A stretch of 64,000 bases of DNA from an uncultured Clostridia bacterium (GCA_944393415.1 CALYAD010000055.1:3278-67277); one strand, 5' to 3'. Counted from the first letter of the stretch, positions 37,961-51,434 are shown. The notes: a model not told the origin generated them from the sequence alone. Translations and numbers: made by a program.

Positions 37961-39811
37961 ATGAACCGCAGAATTTTCGCAGAAAAGAATTACAATATCA
38001 CCGGCAAAGTAGTCCCGTATGACAAATTCAGGCTTTTTATTGATAAGCCGCAGGGATTTACTATAAATCCAGAGCATTTCCCGAAGATCATTGAGCGCGC
38101 CGAGGCATTGCTGAATAAGGAGTATCCTCAGCTCATCGCGTCCGACTATATGATGTTCAAGCGCGACGGAAACCGCTCTATCTATGAGGGAAAATATTTT
38201 CCGAGAAGAGGCGATATTCTGACGCTTGCCTTAGCGGAATATGTTGAGAAGAAAGGCAGATTCACGGATAAGATAATTGATGTTCTCTGGCTTATTCTTG
38301 AAGAGACCTCATGGGTCATACCGGCTCACAACCCAAGCAAGCCGGGCGTAAACTGCTGTCTGCCGTACGCTTATACGGGAAAGGTGGACTACATAGACCT
38401 GTTCGCCGCAACCACCGGAGCAACGCTTGCCTGGATCTATTATCTCTGCAAGGATGAATTTGACAATGTCACCGGACTAATAAATGAAAGACTTCTGTTT
38501 GAGCTGAATCGTCGTATAGTTCAGCCTTATCTTGACCCGGTAGCCTGCGGGGATAAAATGTGGTGGACCGGAGTAAGAGGGAACACTGTCAATAACTGGT
38601 GTCCATGGATTGTCTCCAATATACTTACGGTATGCGCTCTTACAGTCAAGGATCTGCCCACAAGAGAGGCCATAGTCCGAAACGCTCTGCCGATGCTCGA
38701 TAACTTTACCTCTGTTTACCATGACGACGGAGGCTGCGACGAAGGTCCAAGCTACTGGAACGCCGCGGGAGGCGCACTCTTCAATGCCTGTGAGGTGCTT
38801 TATGACCTTACAAACGGATATGTCAACGTCTTTGAGGATGATCTGATGCGTAAGATGGGCGAGTATGAGGTCAAGGTAGTGGTCAACGGTAACCGTCTGC
38901 TCAATTTCGCGGACTCTCCGGCAAAGGTAAACCCATCTCCCATTATGCTTTACCAGTGGGGCGTTTTGTCCAAGTCAGAGATGATGAGAACGTACGGACA
39001 GAACAAACTCAACGGAGGACTTACAGGCGTCGGAATAGATTCAAGCATGCCATACCGCAGCTTTAAGTTTTTGGTCGAGCCGAGACTTCCGAAGTGCGAT
39101 TTTGTGGCTCCTACAAAATTCTGGCTTGACGGTATCATCATCGCCGGTACACGCGAGACAAGCGCGACGGATAAAGGTCTTTATCTTGCGTTCAAGGGAG
39201 GAAATAACGCGGAGAGCCACAATCACAACGATATCGGAACGCTGGTCGTGTTTGCCGACGGCAAGCCTATATTCCTCGACGCCGGCTCAGGAAGATATAC
39301 CAGACGTACCTTCAGCGGAGAGAGATACACAATCTGGGCAATGCGCTCTGATTACCATAATGTAGCGACGATCAACGGAGTCGTTCAGAAGGGCGGACGT
39401 CAGGAATATTCCTGTGATCATGTTTATGACGAGACCACCGGTAAGCTGACGATGAATCTGAAAAACGCTTATCCCAAGGAAGCGGGTATTGAGGCTTACT
39501 CAAGGAGCGCTGTACTTGAAAACTCTGTAATTACCATAACTGACAATATTACTCTCGAAAAAGACGGAGACATAATGTTCAGCTACATATGCGATGAAAA
39601 GCCCACAGAGGTAAATAATGACAGCTTTGTTCTTCACGGAAGGACTGTAACTTTTGATCCGGAGCTTGAATACGCTGTAGAGGAGCTTGACAAGACATGG
39701 CCTGAAGTAGCGGGTATTCCAGGAAACTGGGATGTTGATGTACTTTACAGGGTAACGCTTAAAAACAAATCTCCGATTAAGAGTAAGACTTATGTTATGA
39801 CTGTCAGATAA
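37961..39811 (+). CDS. Heparinase II/III-like (polysaccharide-lyase-like) protein, no signal peptide
   Basis: NNAESHNHNDIGTLVVFADGKPIFLDAGSGRYT...RSDYHNVATING is the heparinase II/III C-domain pattern. The start is ATG 37961, behind the conserved type-1 translation-initiation block. Confidence 0.75.
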   Translation: MNRRIFAEKNYNITGKVVPYDKFRLFIDKPQGFTINPEHFPKIIERAEALLNKEYPQLIASDYMMFKRDGNRSIYEGKYFPRRGDILTLALAEYVEKKGRFTDKIIDVLWLILEETSWVIPAHNPSKPGVNCCLPYAYTGKVDYIDLFAATTGATLAWIYYLCKDEFDNVTGLINERLLFELNRRIVQPYLDPVACGDKMWWTGVRGNTVNNWCPWIVSNILTVCALTVKDLPTREAIVRNALPMLDNFTSVYHDDGGCDEGPSYWNAAGGALFNACEVLYDLTNGYVNVFEDDLMRKMGEYEVKVVVNGNRLLNFADSPAKVNPSPIMLYQWGVLSKSEMMRTYGQNKLNGGLTGVGIDSSMPYRSFKFLVEPRLPKCDFVAPTKFWLDGIIIAGTRETSATDKGLYLAFKGGNNAESHNHNDIGTLVVFADGKPIFLDAGSGRYTRRTFSGERYTIWAMRSDYHNVATINGVVQKGGRQEYSCDHVYDETTGKLTMNLKNAYPKEAGIEAYSRSAVLENSVITITDNITLEKDGDIMFSYICDEKPTEVNNDSFVLHGRTVTFDPELEYAVEELDKTWPEVAGIPGNWDVDVLYRVTLKNKSPIKSKTYVMTVR

Positions 39812-39960
39812 ATTCTGATAAATACAAAAAATATAAGCTGTCACACCGGTTTTTTGATACAAAGAATCATATGTATTTTCCGTGAGTTCCATAATGGAAG
39901 CCGTATGTATAAATACTTATGATATTGTATCGGAACGGTGCGACAGCTTTTTGCTGTTAT

Positions 39961-40776
39961 TTAACTCTGCTTTCTTTCATCCTCACGCATCCTGTATTTT
40001 TCCGGAGATATACCGGTAAATCTTTTAAAGGTGTGTGAAAAGTGGTAGCTGTCCGCGAAATGATAGGTCATCGCTATTTCTTTGATCTGCAGGGAGGTAT
40101 CAAGCAGCAGAAGCTTTGAAGCGTTGATTTTGGTCTTTAAAATATATTGCTTCGGTGTTATTCCGTATTTCTCACGGAAAATACGTATCACATGGGTTTC
40201 GCTCAGGTAGAACTGCTTTGCGATAGATGTGACAGAAATATCTGAGTCGATATTCGTTTCAATATATTGCTTGATCTTCTGGGCAATAACCGCCGGTTTT
40301 GTTTCCACTACATGCGACTGAGCGAAGACCAGCTCAATAAAAAGCTGATAAAAAGCAACGGCTATACGGTTTGTTGTTTCAAGCTTATTATCGGAATTAT
40401 CAATCAGATCGCAGATATTGTTAAAAGAATCTACGGCAGTTGGGCGAAGTGTGATGTGTATAGGAAACGCGTTGCAGGAGGAGGAAAATGCGTCGGCAAG
40501 ATACCCGTAGCAGGCAACCCCGGAAATGAATTTTACAGAATCCTCGGTAGTTATTTTATACCCGATTCCCGGCGCAATATAGCATATAGCACCCTCTGAG
40601 GGGTTTCTCTCGGAACCGTCGTCAAATTTGATTACACATGTGTCTGATCTGAAGTACAGAAAATGGTGATATCTGTTGTCGGTGTTTTCATTTAACAGAT
40701 CCTCATGCTGAAGTGCTTTACAATAAAACAAACGACCCTTACTGAATTCTTGTAAAAACTCGAAATTATTATTCAT
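39961..40776 (-). CDS. AraC-family transcriptional regulator
   Basis: The C-terminal double HTH reads ITSIAKQFYLSETHVIRIFREKYGITPKQYILKTKINASKLLLLDTSLQIKEIAMTYHFADSYHFSHTFKRFTGISP. Confidence 0.85.
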   Translation of the reverse strand: MNNNFEFLQEFSKGRLFYCKALQHEDLLNENTDNRYHHFLYFRSDTCVIKFDDGSERNPSEGAICYIAPGIGYKITTEDSVKFISGVACYGYLADAFSSSCNAFPIHITLRPTAVDSFNNICDLIDNSDNKLETTNRIAVAFYQLFIELVFAQSHVVETKPAVIAQKIKQYIETNIDSDISVTSIAKQFYLSETHVIRIFREKYGITPKQYILKTKINASKLLLLDTSLQIKEIAMTYHFADSYHFSHTFKRFTGISPEKYRMREDERKQS

Positions 40777-40941
40777 TTGTCATCCTTTCTGCTCTGTGTC
40801 AAATATATCCCTTTAAGGTAGATTTTACTTTTATTTAAAATGTTTTCATCATTTTTTAAAACGAATCTTATATAATCAACATCAAGATGTTTGTTATTAT
40901 CATTTTAACATAATTTCATGAAGATAAATATCATATATTTT

Positions 40942-40995
40942 AAAAAAATAGTGAATACACGTGTATTTAAAGACGCGGTATTCACTATTTTTATT
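40942..40995 (-). terminator. Terminator after the ECF S-component gene
   Basis: ATAGTGAATAC-(19 nt)-GTATTCACTAT is flanked by A/T runs. Confidence 0.55.
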
Positions 40996-41056
40996 AAAGA
41001 ACAAATTTGCTTTTTAAGCAATGGAAGATAAAGAGTCGACAAATGTAATCGATCAG

Positions 41057-41692
41057 TTACACTTTCAGATTTTTCTTAACCAAATCTACGACACGCACCA
41101 CCGCAGGAGAAAGAACGAGATTTACGATAAACTCACCGATAAAATTAAATCCTGCGAGACCGATAAATACAAGCTGAAATGCATTTTCAAAACCGCCAAA
41201 TGTGTCGGGATACATAGAAGGCAATGAATTCATCGTATCAAAGAAGAATAAAAACATACCTATTACGAAAATACCTGTATTGATTATCGGAGCGGATATT
41301 GAAGCAAGCACTGTTTGAAGAGTTATGTGTTTACCCTTGAACAGCTTTCCGAGTCCTTTATAGATTAGTCCCGAACCCAATCCCGCCATTGCCGCTTTCA
41401 ATAAGCAAATGATAACAAACCAAACCGGATTGGCTCCCCATAAAATAAAGGAGAATCCATCAACACCGGCTATTCCCATTATCATAGTAATTACACCAAA
41501 TACTGAACCCAAAAATAATCCTGCCTTTGGACCCAATAAGGTTGCGCCTATTACAATAGGCACTAAAACAAGCGATAACGGAAGAGGACCTATTTTGATA
41601 AATGACCCGACAAGCTGAAGTACAACAACCAATGCCGTCAGCATTGCCAGCTGAACCATTTGCAAAACGGATTTTCTTTTCTGATTAACCAT
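41057..41692 (-). CDS. ECF-transporter substrate-specific (S) component; possibly pantothenate-specific given linkage to coaX
   Basis: 211 aa with 5-6 TM segments. LQMVQLAMLTALVVVLQLVGSFIKIGPLPLSLVLVPIVIGATLLGPKAG is typical of S components. SD is GGAGGTG. Substrate specificity is inference only. Confidence 0.7.
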   Translation of the reverse strand: MVNQKRKSVLQMVQLAMLTALVVVLQLVGSFIKIGPLPLSLVLVPIVIGATLLGPKAGLFLGSVFGVITMIMGIAGVDGFSFILWGANPVWFVIICLLKAAMAGLGSGLIYKGLGKLFKGKHITLQTVLASISAPIINTGIFVIGMFLFFFDTMNSLPSMYPDTFGGFENAFQLVFIGLAGFNFIGEFIVNLVLSPAVVRVVDLVKKNLKV

Positions 41693-41847
41693 TTTGCACC
41701 TCCCAAAGTACAGCCGTCTGTGCTGTCTTTACGTTTTTGTTTTTCATAAAAAAACCTCTCTCCGAGACTTTCACTCGGTGCTACCATCTTGGCATCTGCC
41801 AAGTACAGTGCATAAAAATTTATAATAAACGCATTTTGCGCTATTAT

Positions 41848-42639
41848 TTATTTTGAATTACTTTGATACAATACAAACAGTCCCTTTAATGTAAGGTAAG
41901 GCTCGTAAATTACCTTGTGCCTTAGCAAAGGTAATACAATTTCCGCAAAACCTCCTGTTATATATATCAGTGTATTTGAATCATCGATACAGAGTTCCTT
42001 TTCATACTCGTCGATAAATGCATCGATCATAAGCGAATTTCCGACGACTATTCCCGAGCGTACTGAATCGGCAGAATTCCTGCCTATGATTTTCTTCGTT
42101 GATAAAGGGGTTATTATCGGTATCAGTTCGGCTTGGTTATGCAAAGAAGCCAGCGAAAGCTTAATACCCGGCATTATTGAATTGCCGACATATTCACGAT
42201 TTTGTGTGATTGCGGATATTGTTGTAGCCGTTCCCATATCTATTATGAGAATATTGACCTTTTTACCCTTGGTTAAATTCAGAACAGCGGCGGTATTTGC
42301 AACGAGGTCTGAACCAAGCTCTGAAGGATTGTCAATTCGGATAGAAAATCCGGTTTTCTGTCCGGGTCTTACAACTTTTACATCTGAATTTGTAATTTTC
42401 TTTACAGCCTCTGCAACTGTATGAGTTATGCTCGGTACAACTGAGGAAATAATAGCCGAATCAAGCTGCTCCGTGGTGACGTCATAAAATTTCAACATTG
42501 CGCAGATTTGAACAACATACTCATCCGTGCTTCTGTTTTTATCTGTTGTTAATTTGAATGTGCTATTCAGCTTACCGTCCTGAATGGAAAAGACGCCAAA
42601 TGATATACTTGAATTACCTATATCCAGCGCAAGCAGCAT
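41848..42639 (-). CDS. coaX: Type III pantothenate kinase
   Basis: MLLALDIGNSSISFGVF, 263 aa, ASKHA-fold pattern. Confidence 0.9.
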   Translation of the reverse strand: MLLALDIGNSSISFGVFSIQDGKLNSTFKLTTDKNRSTDEYVVQICAMLKFYDVTTEQLDSAIISSVVPSITHTVAEAVKKITNSDVKVVRPGQKTGFSIRIDNPSELGSDLVANTAAVLNLTKGKKVNILIIDMGTATTISAITQNREYVGNSIMPGIKLSLASLHNQAELIPIITPLSTKKIIGRNSADSVRSGIVVGNSLMIDAFIDEYEKELCIDDSNTLIYITGGFAEIVLPLLRHKVIYEPYLTLKGLFVLYQSNSK

Positions 42640-42963
42640 ATTTTTCCCTCTCCATATGTTTTCTTTTCTTTTTAACTATAGCATATATAAGCCTTTTGGC
42701 AACAATAATGAATATAATAACCGGATGTCCCGCAATTAATTCAAAATGATGCCGAGCTTGACCGTATTTATGCCGTCTGAACGCGACTTCCGACAGAAGA
42801 CAGATCTCGGTACGCTATATTACCGGATCGGTACTGTTTTGTAAACTATGCAACCTGCTATAACAAGTAATAATTTATTATAGCATATTTTTTTTGGTTT
42901 TTCAATGGTTTTAGAAAATAACACGCGATACAAATATTTAATAATAGCTATTATAAAAATTTA

Positions 42964-44256
<1,293 letters not shown>

Positions 44257-44359
44257 TTAGGCGGCGAAAATCCGTTTTACGTATCAGACATATAAATTTT
44301 TAGTTTAGCGCTGCAAAATATTACCGTATTCCGATATATTAAAGTAATATCTATCATTA

Positions 44360-46342
<1,983 letters not shown>

Positions 46343-46423
46343 TTACTCCCGACATCTCCGTAATTTTTATATAATTCCATAATAATTATAACATATATTT
46401 ATAAATAAATCAATAGAAATGAT

Positions 46424-46465
46424 AAAAAACTCGGGTGATAACTAAGGATTCGCCCGAGTTTTTTT
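46424..46465 (-). terminator. Terminator of the PTS operon
   Basis: CTCGGGTG-(13 nt)-CGCCCGAG is flanked by A6 and T7. Confidence 0.6.
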
Positions 46466-46467
46466 AT

Positions 46468-48120
46468 TTAGTTGCCGCTGTTTCCGATAAATTCCTCAAG
46501 CTCGCTTTTTATTACAGTGACTCTCGGACCGTAAATTATCTGTACCCCGTTCCCTTTATGGATAACGCCGGAGGCTCCCGTGCTTCTGAGTATACTGTCT
46601 GTGACGAGGCTGCCGTCCTTAACCGTTATCCTCAGTCTTGTGGCGCAGCTGTCAACTGTCAGTATATTATCGGTGCCGCCGAGCCCTGAAACAATGCTTT
46701 CGGAAATACCGGAGGCATTCGTCTTTTCGGTTTTTTCGGCGGTAAGCTCGGCGCTTCTCTCGTCGTAATCCTTTCGGGTGTAAAGTTTTGTGTTTTCCTC
46801 GTCTGCCTCTCTTCCGGGGGTTATATAGTTGCGTTTTTTAATAAGCAATGAAAATATCAGATAGTACGCCAGGAAGTAAGCCGCTCCGACCGGAAGCACC
46901 ATTATCCAGTTGCTTTTGGCGTTCCCCTGAAGGATACCAAAAAGCGTGTAGTCTATAAGACCTCCCGAGAAGGTCATTCCGATACCTACGTTCAGTATAT
47001 GCATCAGCATATAAGCAAGTCCCGCTAAAACGCAGTGTATGACATAGAGCAGGGGAGCGACAAACAGGAATGTGAATTCAAGAGGCTCGGTGATACCGCA
47101 TATCATCGAGGTCAGCGCGGCGGAGAGGAGAAGGCTTCCGGCTACCTTCCGCTTGGCTGGCTTTGCGCAGGTATACATTGCGAGAGCGGCTCCCGGAAGA
47201 CCGAATATCATCAGAGGAAATTTTCCGCTCATAAAACGTGTTGCGGATACGCTGAAGCGTGTTACATCCGGAGAGGCAAGCTCTGCGAAAAAGATATTCT
47301 GTGCTCCGCTTACGAGTACACCGTCGATCATCGCGGTGCCTCCGACTCCGGTCTGCCAGAAGGGAAGATAAAAGACGTGGTGAAGACCGAACGGTATGAG
47401 CGCCCGCTCTATCACGCCGTATATAAATGTTCCCGCATAACCTGAGCTGAGAACAAGGTCGCCGAGTCCATAAATGCTTTTCTGAATGAAAGGCCATATG
47501 AAGAACATCAGCGCTCCGATCAAAACAAATGTCAAAGTGCATATGATCGGTACGAATCTGACGCCTCCGAAAAATGATATTACGTTTGGAAGCTTTATTT
47601 TATAAAATCTGTTATGCAGGGCGGCAACTATCAAGCCGACTAATATACCGCCGAAAACCCCCATTTCAAGAGACTGTATTCCTACGATGTCCGCGACGGA
47701 TCCGTCCGGTAAGGTCGGACTTGTAAGCTCTCCCGAAATAGACAGGCACGCCGAAATTGTGGAGTGCATTACAAAAAATGAGATCGCCGCCGACAGCACG
47801 GCAGTTGCTTTCTCATTTTCCGCCATTCCGAGGGCAATACCCATAGCAAATAATATCGGCAGGTTTCGGAAAATTATATTGCCGGTATCTGAAAGCACAA
47901 GCATAATATTGTATAGCGGTTTTCCGGTTCCCAGAACAGAAGAAAGACCGAAAGAATCGACCATGGTCTGATTGGTAAGCGACGAGCCTATACCGAGCAG
48001 GAGTCCCGCTATCGGAAGCAGGGCAATGGGAAGCATGAAGGAACGTCCTACCCGCTGCAGAACAGAAAAAAATCGTCCGCTTTTTTTGTTTTTTGTTTCG
48101 GCAGCTATTTCGTTAGCCAT
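46468..48120 (-). CDS. PTS glucose-family EIICB component
   Basis: The EIIC membrane domain is followed by an EIIB domain with DSCATRLRITV. Sugar specificity is not resolvable. Confidence 0.9.
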   Translation of the reverse strand: MANEIAAETKNKKSGRFFSVLQRVGRSFMLPIALLPIAGLLLGIGSSLTNQTMVDSFGLSSVLGTGKPLYNIMLVLSDTGNIIFRNLPILFAMGIALGMAENEKATAVLSAAISFFVMHSTISACLSISGELTSPTLPDGSVADIVGIQSLEMGVFGGILVGLIVAALHNRFYKIKLPNVISFFGGVRFVPIICTLTFVLIGALMFFIWPFIQKSIYGLGDLVLSSGYAGTFIYGVIERALIPFGLHHVFYLPFWQTGVGGTAMIDGVLVSGAQNIFFAELASPDVTRFSVSATRFMSGKFPLMIFGLPGAALAMYTCAKPAKRKVAGSLLLSAALTSMICGITEPLEFTFLFVAPLLYVIHCVLAGLAYMLMHILNVGIGMTFSGGLIDYTLFGILQGNAKSNWIMVLPVGAAYFLAYYLIFSLLIKKRNYITPGREADEENTKLYTRKDYDERSAELTAEKTEKTNASGISESIVSGLGGTDNILTVDSCATRLRITVKDGSLVTDSILRSTGASGVIHKGNGVQIIYGPRVTVIKSELEEFIGNSGN

Positions 48121-48142
48121 TTTATAATTAAGCCTTTCTTAC

Positions 48143-48658
48143 TTATTGTTTTATTTTTGTCTTTCCGGTTTGCATAACAAAGCTCATGATCTTGCTTTCA
48201 CATGCCTTGCATTCGCCTTCAAAGACCGTTATTTGTGATAATTCATCGTGATTGATGATAATCAGTGCGCATATTTCCGATAGATTGTTTCTTTTTATAA
48301 CGTTAAGATCGACATCCACCAGAGGGGTTCCTATATCAACATTATCGCCGTTTTTTACCTTTACGCCAAAGCCTTCTCCCTTTAAAGTTACAGTGTCGAT
48401 GCCGATGTGGAGAAGCAGCTCAACGCCGTCCGCGCTTTTAAGACTTATTGCGTGCCCGGAAGATGTCACATCGATCACTTTACCCTTAACCGGAGAAACA
48501 AAATGGCCGTTATCAGGGATTATTCCGAGCCCCTCTCCTATCATACCTGAGGAAAAAGCGACGTCCGGGATCTCGGTCTCAGGTATCACCTTACCGTTTA
48601 CCGGCGCGAAAATTGATACAAGCTTATTGTTTTTTTTTAGTGAAAATAAACCGTTCAT
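48143..48658 (-). CDS. crr: PTS glucose-family EIIA component
   Basis: GHAISLKSADGVELLLHIGIDTVTLKGEGF contains the two conserved His residues. Confidence 0.9.
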   Translation of the reverse strand: MNGLFSLKKNNKLVSIFAPVNGKVIPETEIPDVAFSSGMIGEGLGIIPDNGHFVSPVKGKVIDVTSSGHAISLKSADGVELLLHIGIDTVTLKGEGFGVKVKNGDNVDIGTPLVDVDLNVIKRNNLSEICALIIINHDELSQITVFEGECKACESKIMSFVMQTGKTKIKQ

Positions 48659-48691
48659 TGATTTGTAAATACCTTTCCGGAGATAATTTTT

Positions 48692-50335
48692 TCAGAGGTT
48701 TCTTATTTTTTCGCGGATAGGCAGAACCATTGGAGGGGATACCGACAGCTCGTCTACACCTAAAGAGATAAGTTTTCTTACCATGCTCATATCCGAGGCT
48801 ATTTCACCGCAGACACCTACCCAGATGCCGGCCTTATGGGCATTATCACACGTGGTTTTTATAAGCGAGAGAACAGCCTCGTGATCTTGTCTATAATATC
48901 TGGAAACGGCCGGATTCTGACGGTCAGCGGCGAGAGTGTATTGTGTAAGATCGTTAGTCCCGATACTGAAAAAATCGACCTCGCTTGAAAGTATATCCGA
49001 AATAAGAGCCGCGGCCGGAGTTTCAATCATTATTCCGATCTCAAGCGAGTGGTCATATTTGATCTTATCCCCATCGAGCTGGCGGCATATCTCCTTGATC
49101 AGCTTCTTAATTTCCCGTATTTCCCACACAGACGCTATCATCGGAAACATAATGGCAAGCTTTCCGTAGGCGGAGGCACGTATCAGCGCGCGGAGCTGTC
49201 CCGTAAACATATCTGTTTTTGAAAGACACATTCGTATACCGCGAAGTCCGAGAGCGGGATTTTCCTCTATCGGAAGCTTCAGATATTCGGCGTGCTTATC
49301 GGCGCCTATATCAAGCGTGCGTATGACGGTTTTTTTACCGTCCATACGTTTAACTACCTCCTGATATATCCTGAATTGCTCATCTTCGCTGGGAAGCTCG
49401 GTTCGTTCCATGAAAATAAATTCTGTTCTGAAAAGCCCTATACCCTCGGCATCGTTTTCAATTACGGCGTCTACATCTCCGGGATTTCCGATATTCGCGT
49501 AAAGCTGTATAGTTTTACCCTCAGATGTTCTTGTAGGTAACCCTTTTAGGGCGTTAAGCCTTTCTCGGCGGCTGTGTTCCTCATCCATTAGTTTTTTATA
49601 ACGTTCTATCGTCGCCTCAGAGGGGTTTATTTCATATACTCCCGTTCCTCCGTCAATGGCGATATACTGACCGTTGAAGATCTCGGGAATAGTTCCGCAT
49701 CCGACTATACAGGGTATGCCGTTGGTTCTTGCAAGTATTGCGGTGTGGGAATTTGACGAGCCGTAAGCCGTTACGATACCGAGTATCTTACTTTTGTCGA
49801 GCTGTATAGCCTCGCTCGGAGTCAGATCATCGGTATAGAGAATACTTTCCTCGCTGAATACGGCCGCGTCGGTGTTTTTACCAAGCAGGATCTTAATTAA
49901 GCGTTCCGATATATCGCGTACGTCTGTCGTTCGCGCCTTCAAATACGCGTCGTTTGTATTTTCGAGCATACGTATGAACGTATCCGCCGCGCGGCTAACC
50001 GCGCTTTCGGCGTTTATACGGCGCTCTCTGATATTTTTTTCTATTTCGTCACAAAGATCCGGATCATCCAGCATTATACGGTGAATGGAAAAGATTTCGG
50101 CATTTTCCCCGCCGCTTACCTCCAGAGCACGTCGATATAATGCCTCAAGCTCGTTATCCGCTATTTTTTTAGCGTTTTCATATCGCATTATCTCGCTTTC
50201 GACATGATATATCATATATGAAGGAATCTGGGAAATCCCGCTTTTAAAAAAACTGAGCTTCCCGACCGCGATCCCGGGACTTGCCGCCGTCCCCTTATAG
50301 TTCAGCTCTTTCAATTTCAGCTTCCTTTCGTTCAT
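48692..50335 (-). CDS. ptsI: Phosphoenolpyruvate-protein phosphotransferase (Enzyme I)
   Basis: GSSNSHTAILAR is the active-site His motif. 547 aa with a C-terminal PEP-utiliser barrel. Confidence 0.95.
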   Translation of the reverse strand: MNERKLKLKELNYKGTAASPGIAVGKLSFFKSGISQIPSYMIYHVESEIMRYENAKKIADNELEALYRRALEVSGGENAEIFSIHRIMLDDPDLCDEIEKNIRERRINAESAVSRAADTFIRMLENTNDAYLKARTTDVRDISERLIKILLGKNTDAAVFSEESILYTDDLTPSEAIQLDKSKILGIVTAYGSSNSHTAILARTNGIPCIVGCGTIPEIFNGQYIAIDGGTGVYEINPSEATIERYKKLMDEEHSRRERLNALKGLPTRTSEGKTIQLYANIGNPGDVDAVIENDAEGIGLFRTEFIFMERTELPSEDEQFRIYQEVVKRMDGKKTVIRTLDIGADKHAEYLKLPIEENPALGLRGIRMCLSKTDMFTGQLRALIRASAYGKLAIMFPMIASVWEIREIKKLIKEICRQLDGDKIKYDHSLEIGIMIETPAAALISDILSSEVDFFSIGTNDLTQYTLAADRQNPAVSRYYRQDHEAVLSLIKTTCDNAHKAGIWVGVCGEIASDMSMVRKLISLGVDELSVSPPMVLPIREKIRNL

Positions 50336-50338
50336 AAA

Positions 50339-50596
50339 TTAAAGCGTTTTAATACAGAATTCACGCAGTCTTGCCGTCGTTTCCTCGGAATTTTCGCCGT
50401 TTATCGTAAATTCGAGCATATCGCCTTTTTTCGCGCCGAGACCCATGATTGCGAAAAGCCTTGTGGCGTCAGCGCTCTTATCCTTGTTTTTTACAGTTAT
50501 TCTGTCGGGAGTGCTCTGAGCGAATTTTACCAGCATTCCCGCAGGTCTTGCGTGTATACCGTTTTCATCAGTTATTATATAAGTAAATGTATTCAT
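50339..50596 (-). CDS. ptsH: HPr phosphocarrier protein
   Basis: The start was set at ATG 50596 (MNTFTYIITDENGIHARPAGMLV, His15 motif). ORF-track residues 1-22 translate a leader hairpin. Confidence 0.85.
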   Translation of the reverse strand: MNTFTYIITDENGIHARPAGMLVKFAQSTPDRITVKNKDKSADATRLFAIMGLGAKKGDMLEFTINGENSEETTARLREFCIKTL

Positions 50597-50873
50597 AAAA
50601 TTGACCTTTTTCCCGCCGCCTGTAATATTTATAGCAGGCGGAGTTTGAAAATTAAATTTCAAACCGTTCCTTTCTTACTTGATTTTCTCAATGCATTTAC
50701 AAGTATTTTTTACAGACCGGGACTTATTATTCACGTTTACTGAAATTTACTGAGTCGAAAACAAAAAATTCCTTATCAAAAAAATTGAAAAGGAACTTTT
50801 TGAGATATTATAAAGCGAGTTTCGTATTATATAAACATTACTGATATTATATTTTACGAAACGGTCGTTATCA

Positions 50874-51434
50874 TCACAGCCCTAAAATCAGCTTTGCTTT
50901 TAGAATCGCGGTCTGGGTCTTTCCGTCCGGTATTTCATTATCCGCTATCATCTTAACAGCTTCGGAAAAAGGTATTTTCACCACGTCCAGAAATTCGTCC
51001 TCGTCCAGCTTTTGCTCTCCTTCTTTGAGTCCTGTGGCGAGATACATATATATTTTTTCTCTGAGAATTGCGGGGGAGCCGTAATATTCGCCGATAAACC
51101 TGTAATTTTTTGCGGTATAACCGGTTTCCTCTTTCAGCTCGCGTTTTGCGGCGTCCAGGGGATCGGATTCGTTTTTATCAAGCTTACCGGCAGGTATTTC
51201 CCATATAACATCATCAAAAGGATATCTGTACTGCCGTTCCATTATTATCTCGTTATCATCGGTCAGCGCGACTATGCAGACCGCGCCGTTATGAAGCGCA
51301 ACCTCTCGTTTGGATATAGATCCGTTCGGTAATTTTACGGTGTCCTTGACAAAATGGATGATAACTCCATCGTATATCTCCTCGCGGCTTATCTGCGTTT
51401 CCTTCAATTTTTCATATATATTGTTTTTTGGCAT
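50874..51434 (-). CDS. NUDIX hydrolase (ADP-ribose pyrophosphatase-like)
   Basis: Nudix box GKLDKNESDPLDAAKRELKEETGY. Confidence 0.85.
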   Translation of the reverse strand: MPKNNIYEKLKETQISREEIYDGVIIHFVKDTVKLPNGSISKREVALHNGAVCIVALTDDNEIIMERQYRYPFDDVIWEIPAGKLDKNESDPLDAAKRELKEETGYTAKNYRFIGEYYGSPAILREKIYMYLATGLKEGEQKLDEDEFLDVVKIPFSEAVKMIADNEIPDGKTQTAILKAKLILGL

